From a virus: a stretch of 64,000 bases of DNA. This document shows positions 55,963 through 64,000 of the stretch, one piece after another. The notes beneath the pieces are model-generated. The model searched no databases and was not told the DNA's origin. It saw only the letters and a list, made by a program, of their open reading frames with translations. Numbering within the stretch: the first letter of the stretch is position 1; each line of letters starts with the position of its first letter. The stretch covers positions 288,001 through 352,000 of the IMG/VR virus record IMGVR_UViG_3300028840_006907, one strand, 5' to 3'. Both the position numbers and the translations under genes were made by a program.

Positions 55963-56316
55963 ATGGAAATTGAAATTTATGGAAAAGAATTTGTTTCTTG
56001 TAATATTTTAAGGGCTGAAGTAGGTACAAATTGCCCACAGGGGGGAGATACAGGACATGGTGGTCGAACTATTTTAAGATTGATTGATGAAGCAGCTACT
56101 GATATAAGTATAAAAGTAGATGGTCAGCCTTTAGGTAGTATAAAAACTTTGGAAATATTATTAGGTGGCGATACTGAGTGCGACACTTTTATGAATGCTC
56201 TTAATTTTGCCTTGAATGTATTAAAAGATCATAATCCAAATTATGAAATGGATCCACATATAAGAGGTTCTGGGAAGGGATTGATACAAAAAGATTATAA
56301 AATAGAAACATTATGA
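55963..56316 (+). CDS. hypothetical protein, upstream partner of ATPase
   Basis: 117 aa; GTNCPQGGDTGHGGRT Gly-rich loop; stop overlaps ATPase start (ATGA). Confidence 0.5.
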   Translation: MEIEIYGKEFVSCNILRAEVGTNCPQGGDTGHGGRTILRLIDEAATDISIKVDGQPLGSIKTLEILLGGDTECDTFMNALNFALNVLKDHNPNYEMDPHIRGSGKGLIQKDYKIETL

Positions 56317-56861
56317 TTACAAAGATAGAATTATTAGAAAAATACAGAACTTTAAAACCGTTTGTTATGGAGCCTAATCTAGGAGTCAATCTTATTGTTG
56401 GTGAGAATGGTTCGGGTAAATCCTCATTGTTAAATATTATAAAGGAAAATGCTCCTGAGGTAAGATTAGAAATTGAAGGTACTATAAATTATTACCATTT
56501 TGATACGGAAAAGGACAATCCTCGAACTCAAGGCACTCTTCCATTTAATGCTCCTGGTGATGTTTATGCCTATCATCTGACGTCACATTTCCAGAGTCAT
56601 GGTGAAGTACTATTTCCTATTTTAAATCTTATGAGAACTTTTGAGAACAGGATTTTATTCTATGATGAACCGGAGAGTGGGGTCTCGATTAATAATCAGT
56701 TAAAGGCATGTACTGCGATAAGAAAAGCGGTAAGGAATGGTTGTCAACTTTTTATTGCGACTCATTCTTATATATTTATAAAAAAATTTAAAAAAGTCTT
56801 TGATTTAAAGACATATCAATTTGTAAAATCAGAGGATTGGTTATCTCAATTTAGGATATAA
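56313..56861 (+). CDS. minimal ABC/SMC-type P-loop ATPase (182 aa)
   Basis: Walker A GENGSGKSSLL, Walker B + D-loop ILFYDEPESGV, H-loop FIATHS. Confidence 0.75.
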   Translation: MITKIELLEKYRTLKPFVMEPNLGVNLIVGENGSGKSSLLNIIKENAPEVRLEIEGTINYYHFDTEKDNPRTQGTLPFNAPGDVYAYHLTSHFQSHGEVLFPILNLMRTFENRILFYDEPESGVSINNQLKACTAIRKAVRNGCQLFIATHSYIFIKKFKKVFDLKTYQFVKSEDWLSQFRI

Positions 56862-56862
56862 C

Positions 56863-57000
56863 ATGATACCAGAATGGGTTTATAGATTAATGGTTGAAGA
56901 TCGAGAACGATGTATGATAAATCATTTAGAAAAAAGGAATTATATTGACGAGGAAGAGATAAAAGAGAATACTCTTTCTGATATCTCTGAAAAGGATTAA
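56863..57000 (+). CDS. 45-aa hypothetical ORF
   Basis: ATG 2 nt after ATPase stop; MIPEWVYRLMVEDRERC...; no other support. Confidence 0.25.
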   Translation: MIPEWVYRLMVEDRERCMINHLEKRNYIDEEEIKENTLSDISEKD

Positions 57001-57073
57001 AATATGACTCTCATGGATTTACATAAATAAATTTTATTTCACATATTTTTTAACTTTACATAAGGAGACATAC

Positions 57074-57913
57074 ATGCACAAAATAATAGTCTTATTATTA
57101 GTTTTGTTAGTGAATGTTTTTTCTGTAACGCCTGAATATTTGTGGGTAGGTTCCTACACTATTGAGCATTACAATAATGGTGTTTATTTGGCTTATAGTC
57201 ATAAGCAAGCTTCTGCTTTTACTTCTCTAATGAGTTGGCTTATTAATTGGAAAAATCTTGATATTGATTATAAGTGGAATCATAACTATAAGGATGCTGC
57301 TGTTAATGAGACAGTATTCGAAGGACAGGATTTTAATATTAATGAATTTCTCATTTTTGTTAGTCATGGTTATCGGGGAGGAATGGTCATTAATAAATAT
57401 AATACTTCGACTACTTATGCAATGGATATCTCTAATCAATATCCTAATACCAGATCATGGGATTTTGGTAATTCTTATACCAAATGGATTATCATGGGTT
57501 CTTGTCATACAATCCTGGATGAGCATGTGACTGTGTGGGGGACCACTTTTTATTTTTACGATCAGATTTTTGATGGTGTGCATAGTATTATGGGCTATAA
57601 ATCTGATGGTAGAAACGTTTATGATGGTGGTCCGATAGGAAGATTCCCATTAGAGTGGGTTCATAATCGACGTTCTATTTGGAATGCATGGCGTGTGTCG
57701 GTCCGGGAAGAAGTATATGAAGGTTGCAACCAAGATGTGACACCTTCCATGGTAGGTGTTTGGGGAACTGTGAATGGGCAAGATTGGGATGCAGATACTG
57801 AATTGTTTTATGCTGTGTATGATGCCTTAACACCTCATAATGAAACTTTGGGGGCTTGGATAGGTTATGGTATGATGTATCGTCATGTTGAATATGGCGA
57901 TCCGGAATATTAA
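57074..57913 (+). CDS. secreted protein, possible clan CD (caspase-fold) cysteine peptidase
   Basis: Signal peptide MHKIIVLLLVLLVNVFS; hydrophobic strand + His-Gly (LIFVSHG) and hydrophobic strand + Cys (WIIMGSCH) in dyad order. Confidence 0.4.
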   Translation: MHKIIVLLLVLLVNVFSVTPEYLWVGSYTIEHYNNGVYLAYSHKQASAFTSLMSWLINWKNLDIDYKWNHNYKDAAVNETVFEGQDFNINEFLIFVSHGYRGGMVINKYNTSTTYAMDISNQYPNTRSWDFGNSYTKWIIMGSCHTILDEHVTVWGTTFYFYDQIFDGVHSIMGYKSDGRNVYDGGPIGRFPLEWVHNRRSIWNAWRVSVREEVYEGCNQDVTPSMVGVWGTVNGQDWDADTELFYAVYDALTPHNETLGAWIGYGMMYRHVEYGDPEY

Positions 57914-57930
57914 AAAAGGGAGATAAAGAG

Positions 57931-58848
57931 ATGAAAAAAGTATTTATTATAATAGTATTGTTTTGTGCTTATGGATTTTCAGAAATATCTGTGTCAGATA
58001 TTGTTAAATCATTTGTGGATAATCCAAAGACTTTCAGATCTAGATTGTTGAAATATGAAGTTATTCCAGACCATGTTGATTTACCAATAGAATTTGTCGA
58101 TGATGAAGATGAAAGTTTATGGAAAACTAAGAAAAAGGTTAATTATATAATAGATTATTCAAAGATGTCGAAATGTGCTGATAAATTTAGAGATCTTTTT
58201 GCATATGAAGGATTGACTGAATATCAGTATATGGATCAGTCAAACCTTTTGGTATTTAATCATCCTAATGGTGGCCGTGAAGTATCCGCACAGATTGTCA
58301 GGGATTTGATTAATACTAGAACAGAGGCAGAATTAAAAAATATAGGATTGACTTTAGGTGAAAAGCTCTTTGCCATTTTTAAGAATAAAATAGAATTTCA
58401 ATGTACGGAAATAGAGTATACAAGGGGTCATACGAATTTAAACCAAATAAGTAAATACTCTATTCGATATAGGCGTATTTTTAATGATGGTATTGTCTTA
58501 CAGAATATTTCCTATATAATGTTAACTCTGGAAGGACTTGGTGATTTGATTGAAGTCGAGATTAAATGGCCTAAATTTAAAAAATGTGAAAATATAAAGA
58601 ATGGCATTTTAATTAAGGACGCTTTAATATTAGCTAAACAAGAGTATAATGAAATCGCTTCTCGAAAAGTTGATGAATTCTTAAATATTGAAGCTATCGA
58701 TAGACTTTCTATAACTGGATCTTGTTTTGGATGGACTCATGAGATCATTGATGGTGTTAATTTATTAAAACCTAGTTATGGGTTTGTGGGAATAGCTGAA
58801 ACAAAGAATGGTAAAAAAGAACATCATTATATAAATATCGATAAATGA
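57931..58848 (+). CDS. secreted hypothetical protein
   Basis: Signal peptide MKKVFIIIVLFCAYGFS; RBS gggag. Confidence 0.5.
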   Translation: MKKVFIIIVLFCAYGFSEISVSDIVKSFVDNPKTFRSRLLKYEVIPDHVDLPIEFVDDEDESLWKTKKKVNYIIDYSKMSKCADKFRDLFAYEGLTEYQYMDQSNLLVFNHPNGGREVSAQIVRDLINTRTEAELKNIGLTLGEKLFAIFKNKIEFQCTEIEYTRGHTNLNQISKYSIRYRRIFNDGIVLQNISYIMLTLEGLGDLIEVEIKWPKFKKCENIKNGILIKDALILAKQEYNEIASRKVDEFLNIEAIDRLSITGSCFGWTHEIIDGVNLLKPSYGFVGIAETKNGKKEHHYINIDK

Positions 58849-58888
58849 TCTATTTTTTTGATACAGTTTTGTAGAAATGGGCTAAATC

Positions 58889-59614
58889 TTGCAACAACAA
58901 ATTTTCGGGTGTTTAAAAGATACTCTTTCGATTCTGATTGTTTTAAAAGATCCTACAGTTGTTAAAAAGATTATAAGGTTTATTCAGCCTACTTATATTT
59001 ATAATATCACAATAGTTAATTCGGTTAAAGGAGCACAGGAAGTTCTTGACAAAGAAAGAGTTCATCTCTGTCTTCTGGGTTCTGAATTTAAAGAATTTGC
59101 TATTATAAATAAATATTTATATACTTCGTTTATAATATTTGTAATTGATGATATAAATTATCATGAGATTTTTAATTATGTGAAATTAGGAGTTAAGACT
59201 CTAATTGACAAAGGTAGTATTAACTTCTCTTTGATAAAAATAATTAATCATTTTTCTCTTAGGAATGTTATTAATCCATTCTATAGAAGAGGTTTCGAAG
59301 ATATTTTATCTGTTTCCACTGAAAAATTAATTGAAAGAAATCCTAGTGGAGTAACTGACTGGGCTTCTGATTGTGGTATATCAGAAAGACAATTAAGATG
59401 GATATGGAATATAAGATTTAAAGTAAAAACTAGAATCGTATTATTTATTTATAAAATTTATAAAACTGCTTTTGATGTTAAAAACCCTTTAGACAAAAAG
59501 ACCTTCGAACAATTAACTTTTTTCTTTATTTCCCATAAAAATGAAATAATAGATTATATCAATTACTTACAATTAAAAGATGTTCCTGTCTACAAAATGT
59601 TCTTTCAATCGTAA
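58889..59614 (+). CDS. possible pseudo-receiver / HTH regulator
   Basis: TTG start (uncertain); ILIVLKD...HLCLLG resembles a receiver domain lacking the acidic pair; GVTDWASDCGISERQLRWIW resembles an HTH. Confidence 0.3.
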   Translation: MQQQIFGCLKDTLSILIVLKDPTVVKKIIRFIQPTYIYNITIVNSVKGAQEVLDKERVHLCLLGSEFKEFAIINKYLYTSFIIFVIDDINYHEIFNYVKLGVKTLIDKGSINFSLIKIINHFSLRNVINPFYRRGFEDILSVSTEKLIERNPSGVTDWASDCGISERQLRWIWNIRFKVKTRIVLFIYKIYKTAFDVKNPLDKKTFEQLTFFFISHKNEIIDYINYLQLKDVPVYKMFFQS

Positions 59615-59695
59615 TAAACTTCTAATACTCTATTCAATGTAATAATCAATTGATATTTAGCTCTGTTTTAAAGACTATCTGATAAGGAGCAAAAA

Positions 59696-59941
59696 ATGGC
59701 TTTTGAAGTTGAATATTTTGAATTGTCACCGAGCGATGCAACAAATGAGTATGTCTCATTAGGGGGTGTTCCAGTGGTTGCTGATAATGTTGCAATAGAT
59801 CTTGTGGGAGGTACAGCCCAAGCATTAACGAATGATTTTGCCGTTGATGGAACAAGAATTGTATGGGATAGTACATCCTATAATTTAAATGGACTGCTTG
59901 CTACTGGTGACAAAATGAGAGCTATCTACGATAGATCCTAA
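59696..59941 (+). CDS. small fibre-associated protein
   Basis: RBS aaggag; 81 aa; immediately upstream of fibre gene. Confidence 0.5.
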   Translation: MAFEVEYFELSPSDATNEYVSLGGVPVVADNVAIDLVGGTAQALTNDFAVDGTRIVWDSTSYNLNGLLATGDKMRAIYDRS

Positions 59942-59978
59942 CACCTATAACTAATCGATTTTAAAGGAGTTAGAGCAA

Positions 59979-62900
59979 ATGGCTCAAGTAGAAAGAAAAT
60001 GGATCCAGGACCAAGCAATTTCCAATGAAAAAGTAGATCCCACTGATATTTATACCATTACAGGTTTAAGAGTTGATGAAACCAATGCCATTGGGAGAGT
60101 AGGAATAGGTTTATCTAGCCCTTTGGATGCTCTTCATATTCAACGAACTGATTCTTCTTCTGGAATGATGCTGGATCTTAGTGATGGTACAAATGGTAAA
60201 CTTTATAAGATATATTCAGGAGCTAATGGTTTACTGAATTTTACTGATGCTACAGATGGGGGCATATTCACCTATGGTGAATCAGGTTCGATAGGTCGAG
60301 TTGGTATCAATACCGCATCTATCCAAGATCACCTTCATGTAAGTTCCCCTTTAACAGATGCTGCGTTAAGACTTGATTTAGATGATGGACTCAATGGTCG
60401 AGCTTATCGTCTTGTCTCAGATACAGATGGAGCTTTTAGGATAATTGATGTTGATGCGGGTAATGTAAATAGACTTCAGATTGCTAATACAGGAACTTTA
60501 ACTGTCTCAGGTGATGCAACTTTTGATAGTAATTTTCAAATTAATGGTACTGTTACAGTTATTAATACTGAAATTGTCATTGCAGATCAATTAGAAATAA
60601 ATCAAACTGACAATCAGGCAGCATTGATAGTAAGTCAAGATACAGGTGGTGCTACAGCCACTGTAATGAGAATTGAAAATGCTGGCACAGGCCATGCTTT
60701 AACCGTAGATTCTGGTAATGTAGGTATTGGTACTTTAACTCCGGCTGCTCCTCTTCATGTTCAAGGTGATATAATTACTGCCAATGGGTATAATATCGGA
60801 GACACCACTCATAGAATTGGTACTCTTTGGATGGCTTCTACTGTAGATTATTTGACTGACCTTAATTTTAGTTCAGGTGGAACAAATGTTACTTTTGCAA
60901 CCGGTGGAAATGTCGGGATAGGTTCTGGTACTCCTACCCAGGCCCTGGATGTGGTTGGAACTATAGAAAATACAGGTGATATCATAACAACTGGTTCTTA
61001 TCCTTCCGGTTTAATAAGAGGAGCTTATTTAACGATAACTACTGGAAATTCGACTTTCCAAGGAAGAGTGGGAATTGGTGTTACAAGTCCGTCTTATCCT
61101 CTTCATGTTGGTGGAGACATTTATTCCAATACAGGTAATATTGTAGCCACTGCTGGAACTGTGACAGGTGGATCTGGTTTAATAGCTACTACAGGTGGTG
61201 TTATAGCCTCTGCTGGAAATATAACAGCGACCTTGGGTGATCTCATCGCTTCTGCGGGTTCTGTAACTGCTAATACAAATGTAACTGCTACGAATGGAAA
61301 TATAGTTGCTTCTAATGGAAATATTTCTGCTACGAATGGTACAGTAACAGGAGGCACCGGTTTAATAGCTACCACAGGGGGTGTGACCGCTACGAATGGA
61401 AATATAGTTGCTTCTAATGGAAATATTTCTGCTACGAATGGTACAGTAACAGGAGGCACCGGTTTAATAGCTACCACAGGGGGTGTGACCGCTTTAGCTG
61501 GTAATATCTCTGCTTCGGCTGGTTCTGTAACTGCTAATACTAATATAACAGCCACGAATGGTAATATTGTTGCTTCTAATGGAAATATTTCTGCTACAAA
61601 TGGTACGGTAACAGGAGGCACCGGTTTAATAGCGACTACAGGTGGTGTAACCGCTACGGCTGGAAATATCACTGCTTCAAATGGTAGTTTTGTCGCTCCA
61701 AATGGAATTGTAAGTGTAGGTTTTGGCGTTATAGCAGCAGGGGGTGATATATTTGCCCAAACGGGTAAAGTAGGAATTTCAACCAGTTCTATTGCAGGAG
61801 GTTATGTATTACATGTTCAAGGAAACGCTTATTGTTCAGGTCAAGTAGATACAAATACTTTGGATGTAGGTAGTGGCAGTTTTACTGTAAGTGCAATTGG
61901 TGCAACAAATATCGGACCAGGCTGGTTAACTTTCGGTCAACATATGTCTGGTGGAGGACAGATTGGATCTGCTTCTACCGTAAATATTGTTTCAACCAGT
62001 GGTGCAACTATGTCAGGAGGTTCAGGCGCTGTCTCAATTACTACTAATAACAGTGGTACGCCAAGTGCGATTAATGTGACCTCTGGAAATAACACCGGAT
62101 CAGGAGTTGGTGGAGCACTCAATCTGAATGCAGGTGATTCGGGAGGAGCTGGTACAGGTGGTGCAGTAACTATTACTGGAGGAACGGCTTCAGGTGGTGG
62201 ATCTACAGGAGGAGACATTTTGCTGCTTCCTGGAAGTGCTGTCTCAAATGGGCGCGTTGAGGTAGGCACAGGTGCCTCTTCGAAAAATTTATGGGTTTCA
62301 GGTAGTGTAACTATAGAAGGAGCTAATTCTGCTTTTGCTCTTTCGATTAATAATACGAATTATGTAGGAGCTTATTGTGCAATAGCAGGAGCATCAACGG
62401 TAGCTGGCTGGTTTGAAAATAGTGGTTCAGATTCAACATCTATGTTTGTGCAACAATTAAATACTGGTAAAGGGCTTTTCGCTACTGGATTAGGATTAAA
62501 TTCTTTTGCAGGATTTTTCCAAAGTACGGGCTATACAACTCTTAGGTCAGAAGTGAGTGGTACTGGAGGTGGTGATTATGCTGTACATGCAATATGTACA
62601 AATGCTGGATCGAGTGCCACTTCAGCAGCAGTTTTTGCTCAAAATTGGGGAGGTGGAAAAGCTATTCAGGCAACCGCAGGAACTGGAACTACTATTCAAG
62701 GGTCAAACACTAATGGTACTGCTATTTATGGGTCTCAAGCAGGAACCTCTGGTAGAGCAGGACGTTTTAGGTGTAATGCTGGATCTTATGCATACAATGC
62801 TGTTGAGGTAGAAGTGACTTCAGGTACAGGAGCTTCAAAAGGGATCTTAGTTAATTATACCGGTTCTGGTAATGCTATAGAAGTAAACGGTGGTAGTGGC

Positions 62901-63665
62901 TATGGTATTGAAGCATACCAAAGTGCAGGAACAGTTTATCATGGGACTAATTCAGGAACTACAGGTAGAGCTGCTTTATTCGAAACTTCTAATACCAGTT
63001 TTAATGGTACTATAGTTGAAATAAGTAGTAATACAACATCACTGAATAATAATTGTTTAGTTTGCAATCATTCAGGTAGTGGTACAGGTCTTACTGTTAA
63101 CTCCAATGCAGCGGGTGCTAGTTTTGGTATTAACAGCTTTATGCCGGGTGTCTCTGGAACTGGAAGAGCTATTAATGGCTACTGTGTTTCAGCATCAGGA
63201 TTTGCCGGTTATTTTACTGGGAATGTACATATTGCGGGTACTCTTTCTAAAACTGCGGGTGGTTTTAAAATTGATCATCCAATTGAACCTGAGACAAAGA
63301 ATTTAGTTCATAGTTTTGTTGAAAGCCCTGAGATGAGGAATGTCTATTATGGACGGGCTGTGACTCATGATGGGACAGCATCTATAGGTCTTCCGGATTG
63401 GTGGGTTACATTAAATGGGTCTAATAAGGAAGAGTATAATTATAGTTTAACTACTATTGGTAAATACAGCAGATTATTTATTAGTAAAGAAATAGAGAAC
63501 AATCAATTTGAAGTCTCTTCATTGGATGGAGACTGTACTTTTTCCTGGACTATCTCAGCCATTCGCCATGATACTTATGCTGAGAGCAACAGAATACAAG
63601 TAGAAAAGAACAAAACACAAGAAGAAATAGATGATTATAAAAAAGAGCATGGCATTTCTGTCTAA
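59979..63665 (+). CDS. tail-fibre-like protein (1228 aa) with Gly/Thr/Asn/Ala-rich repeats
   Basis: RBS aaaggag; repeated VGIG...P...LHV motifs; 34-aa repeat ATNGNIVASNGNISATNGTVTGGTGLIATTGGVT x3; long beta-rich G/S/T/A core; conserved C-terminal FKIDHP...VESPEMRNVYYG module. Confidence 0.8.
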   Translation: MAQVERKWIQDQAISNEKVDPTDIYTITGLRVDETNAIGRVGIGLSSPLDALHIQRTDSSSGMMLDLSDGTNGKLYKIYSGANGLLNFTDATDGGIFTYGESGSIGRVGINTASIQDHLHVSSPLTDAALRLDLDDGLNGRAYRLVSDTDGAFRIIDVDAGNVNRLQIANTGTLTVSGDATFDSNFQINGTVTVINTEIVIADQLEINQTDNQAALIVSQDTGGATATVMRIENAGTGHALTVDSGNVGIGTLTPAAPLHVQGDIITANGYNIGDTTHRIGTLWMASTVDYLTDLNFSSGGTNVTFATGGNVGIGSGTPTQALDVVGTIENTGDIITTGSYPSGLIRGAYLTITTGNSTFQGRVGIGVTSPSYPLHVGGDIYSNTGNIVATAGTVTGGSGLIATTGGVIASAGNITATLGDLIASAGSVTANTNVTATNGNIVASNGNISATNGTVTGGTGLIATTGGVTATNGNIVASNGNISATNGTVTGGTGLIATTGGVTALAGNISASAGSVTANTNITATNGNIVASNGNISATNGTVTGGTGLIATTGGVTATAGNITASNGSFVAPNGIVSVGFGVIAAGGDIFAQTGKVGISTSSIAGGYVLHVQGNAYCSGQVDTNTLDVGSGSFTVSAIGATNIGPGWLTFGQHMSGGGQIGSASTVNIVSTSGATMSGGSGAVSITTNNSGTPSAINVTSGNNTGSGVGGALNLNAGDSGGAGTGGAVTITGGTASGGGSTGGDILLLPGSAVSNGRVEVGTGASSKNLWVSGSVTIEGANSAFALSINNTNYVGAYCAIAGASTVAGWFENSGSDSTSMFVQQLNTGKGLFATGLGLNSFAGFFQSTGYTTLRSEVSGTGGGDYAVHAICTNAGSSATSAAVFAQNWGGGKAIQATAGTGTTIQGSNTNGTAIYGSQAGTSGRAGRFRCNAGSYAYNAVEVEVTSGTGASKGILVNYTGSGNAIEVNGGSGYGIEAYQSAGTVYHGTNSGTTGRAALFETSNTSFNGTIVEISSNTTSLNNNCLVCNHSGSGTGLTVNSNAAGASFGINSFMPGVSGTGRAINGYCVSASGFAGYFTGNVHIAGTLSKTAGGFKIDHPIEPETKNLVHSFVESPEMRNVYYGRAVTHDGTASIGLPDWWVTLNGSNKEEYNYSLTTIGKYSRLFISKEIENNQFEVSSLDGDCTFSWTISAIRHDTYAESNRIQVEKNKTQEEIDDYKKEHGISV
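61287..61490 (+). repeat. perfect 102-bp in-frame tandem duplication inside the fibre gene
   Basis: 61287-61388 and 61389-61490 are identical at all 102 nt; a third copy at 61551-61652 differs at 9 positions, all synonymous. Confidence 0.9.
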
Positions 63666-63695
63666 ATTTCTTTTGTAAAAAGGAGTTAAATACTC

Positions 63696-64000
63696 ATGTC
63701 ACAAGTGTTGAGAAAATGGATAGCTGATCAAGCCGTTAATAATGATAAAATAGATCCTACCGATACCTATACAATTACAGGATTGAGAGTCGATGAGACG
63801 AATGCCGTAGGAAGAATAGCAATGGGATTAAGCAGTCCATTAGATGCTATTCATATTAGGAGGACTGATACTTCTGCTGGTATAATAATGGATCTTGATG
63901 ATGGAGGTTCAGGACGATCTTATCAAATAACTTCAGATCAAAGTGGCTTTTTAAATGTAAGAGATAGAGATCTCGATGTTGATCGATTGACTTTATATTC
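63696..64000 (+). CDS. second tail-fibre-like protein (partial, runs off window)
   Basis: RBS aaaggag; MSQVLRKWIADQAVNNDKIDPTDTYTITGLRVDETNAVGR parallels MAQVERKWIQDQAISNEKVDPTDIYTITGLRVDETNAIGR of 59979. Confidence 0.7.
   Translation, partial: MSQVLRKWIADQAVNNDKIDPTDTYTITGLRVDETNAVGRIAMGLSSPLDAIHIRRTDTSAGIIMDLDDGGSGRSYQITSDQSGFLNVRDRDLDVDRLTLY

Noticed and set aside
61121-63306. Antisense and off-frame ORFs inside the fibre gene (61121-61672, 61937-62269, 62557-62811, 63079-63306)
   Set aside because: They are low-complexity translations of the Gly/Thr/Ala-rich repeat DNA. They lie entirely within a much longer, well-supported ORF.
59979-63665. Diversity-generating retroelement targeting the fibre
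   Set aside because: No reverse transcriptase is present in the window. The repeats are in-frame tandem units with only synonymous differences, not a template/variable pair with adenine-specific mismatches.
1-64000. Reading the window as a bacterial O-antigen/capsule locus adjacent to a prophage
   Set aside because: This is not fully excluded. However, orphan small ORFs, tmk, fibre-like genes and a homing endonuclease are interspersed throughout. Gene coupling is uniform, and there are no flippase/polymerase (wzx/wzy) or housekeeping genes. These features favour a large viral genome, and the complete contig is needed to decide.

Overview
AT-rich, tightly packed window with many ATGA/TAATG start-stop overlaps. 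It looks like part of a very large phage or virus genome rather than a bacterial chromosome. Supporting this: two tandem paralogous tail-fibre-like genes, a collagen-like fibre protein, a free-standing homing-endonuclease-like gene, tmk, many small orphan ORFs, and no ribosomal, tRNA or housekeeping genes. This origin is an inference; I recognised no terminase, portal or polymerase.

About 60% of the window (~0.7-39.8 kb) is a glycan biosynthesis and modification super-island in two convergent blocks. It contains:
- a nucleotide-sugar dehydrogenase, a GDP-mannose 3,5-epimerase homologue and a sugar-1-P nucleotidyltransferase
- a formyltransferase, a PIG-L deacetylase, a 4,6-dehydratase-type SDR and a DegT aminotransferase
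- a NeuB/PseI-like synthase, a PseG-like protein and a CMP-nonulosonate cytidylyltransferase
- a GT10 fucosyltransferase-like enzyme, several GT2/GT4 enzymes and two giant fusion enzymes
- at least 10 methyltransferase-like genes and four sulfotransferase-like genes
- a split TPP-dependent E1 alpha/beta pair flanking a radical SAM enzyme

The most unusual element is a cas-less, GC-rich, type I-E-like CRISPR array at 51415-52313. It has 16 repeats, irregular spacing, conserved hairpins with compensatory stem changes and a poorly conserved 3' handle. A second two-repeat locus lies in the opposite orientation at 25483-25567.

Other notable items:
- an 816-aa Myb / HNH-repeat / PD-(D/E)xK / Mom-like mosaic protein
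- a minimal ABC-type ATPase two-gene module
- secreted proteins, including a caspase-fold-like one
- a fibre gene with a perfect 102-bp tandem duplication

All functional calls rest on motif recognition by eye; no database searches were run.
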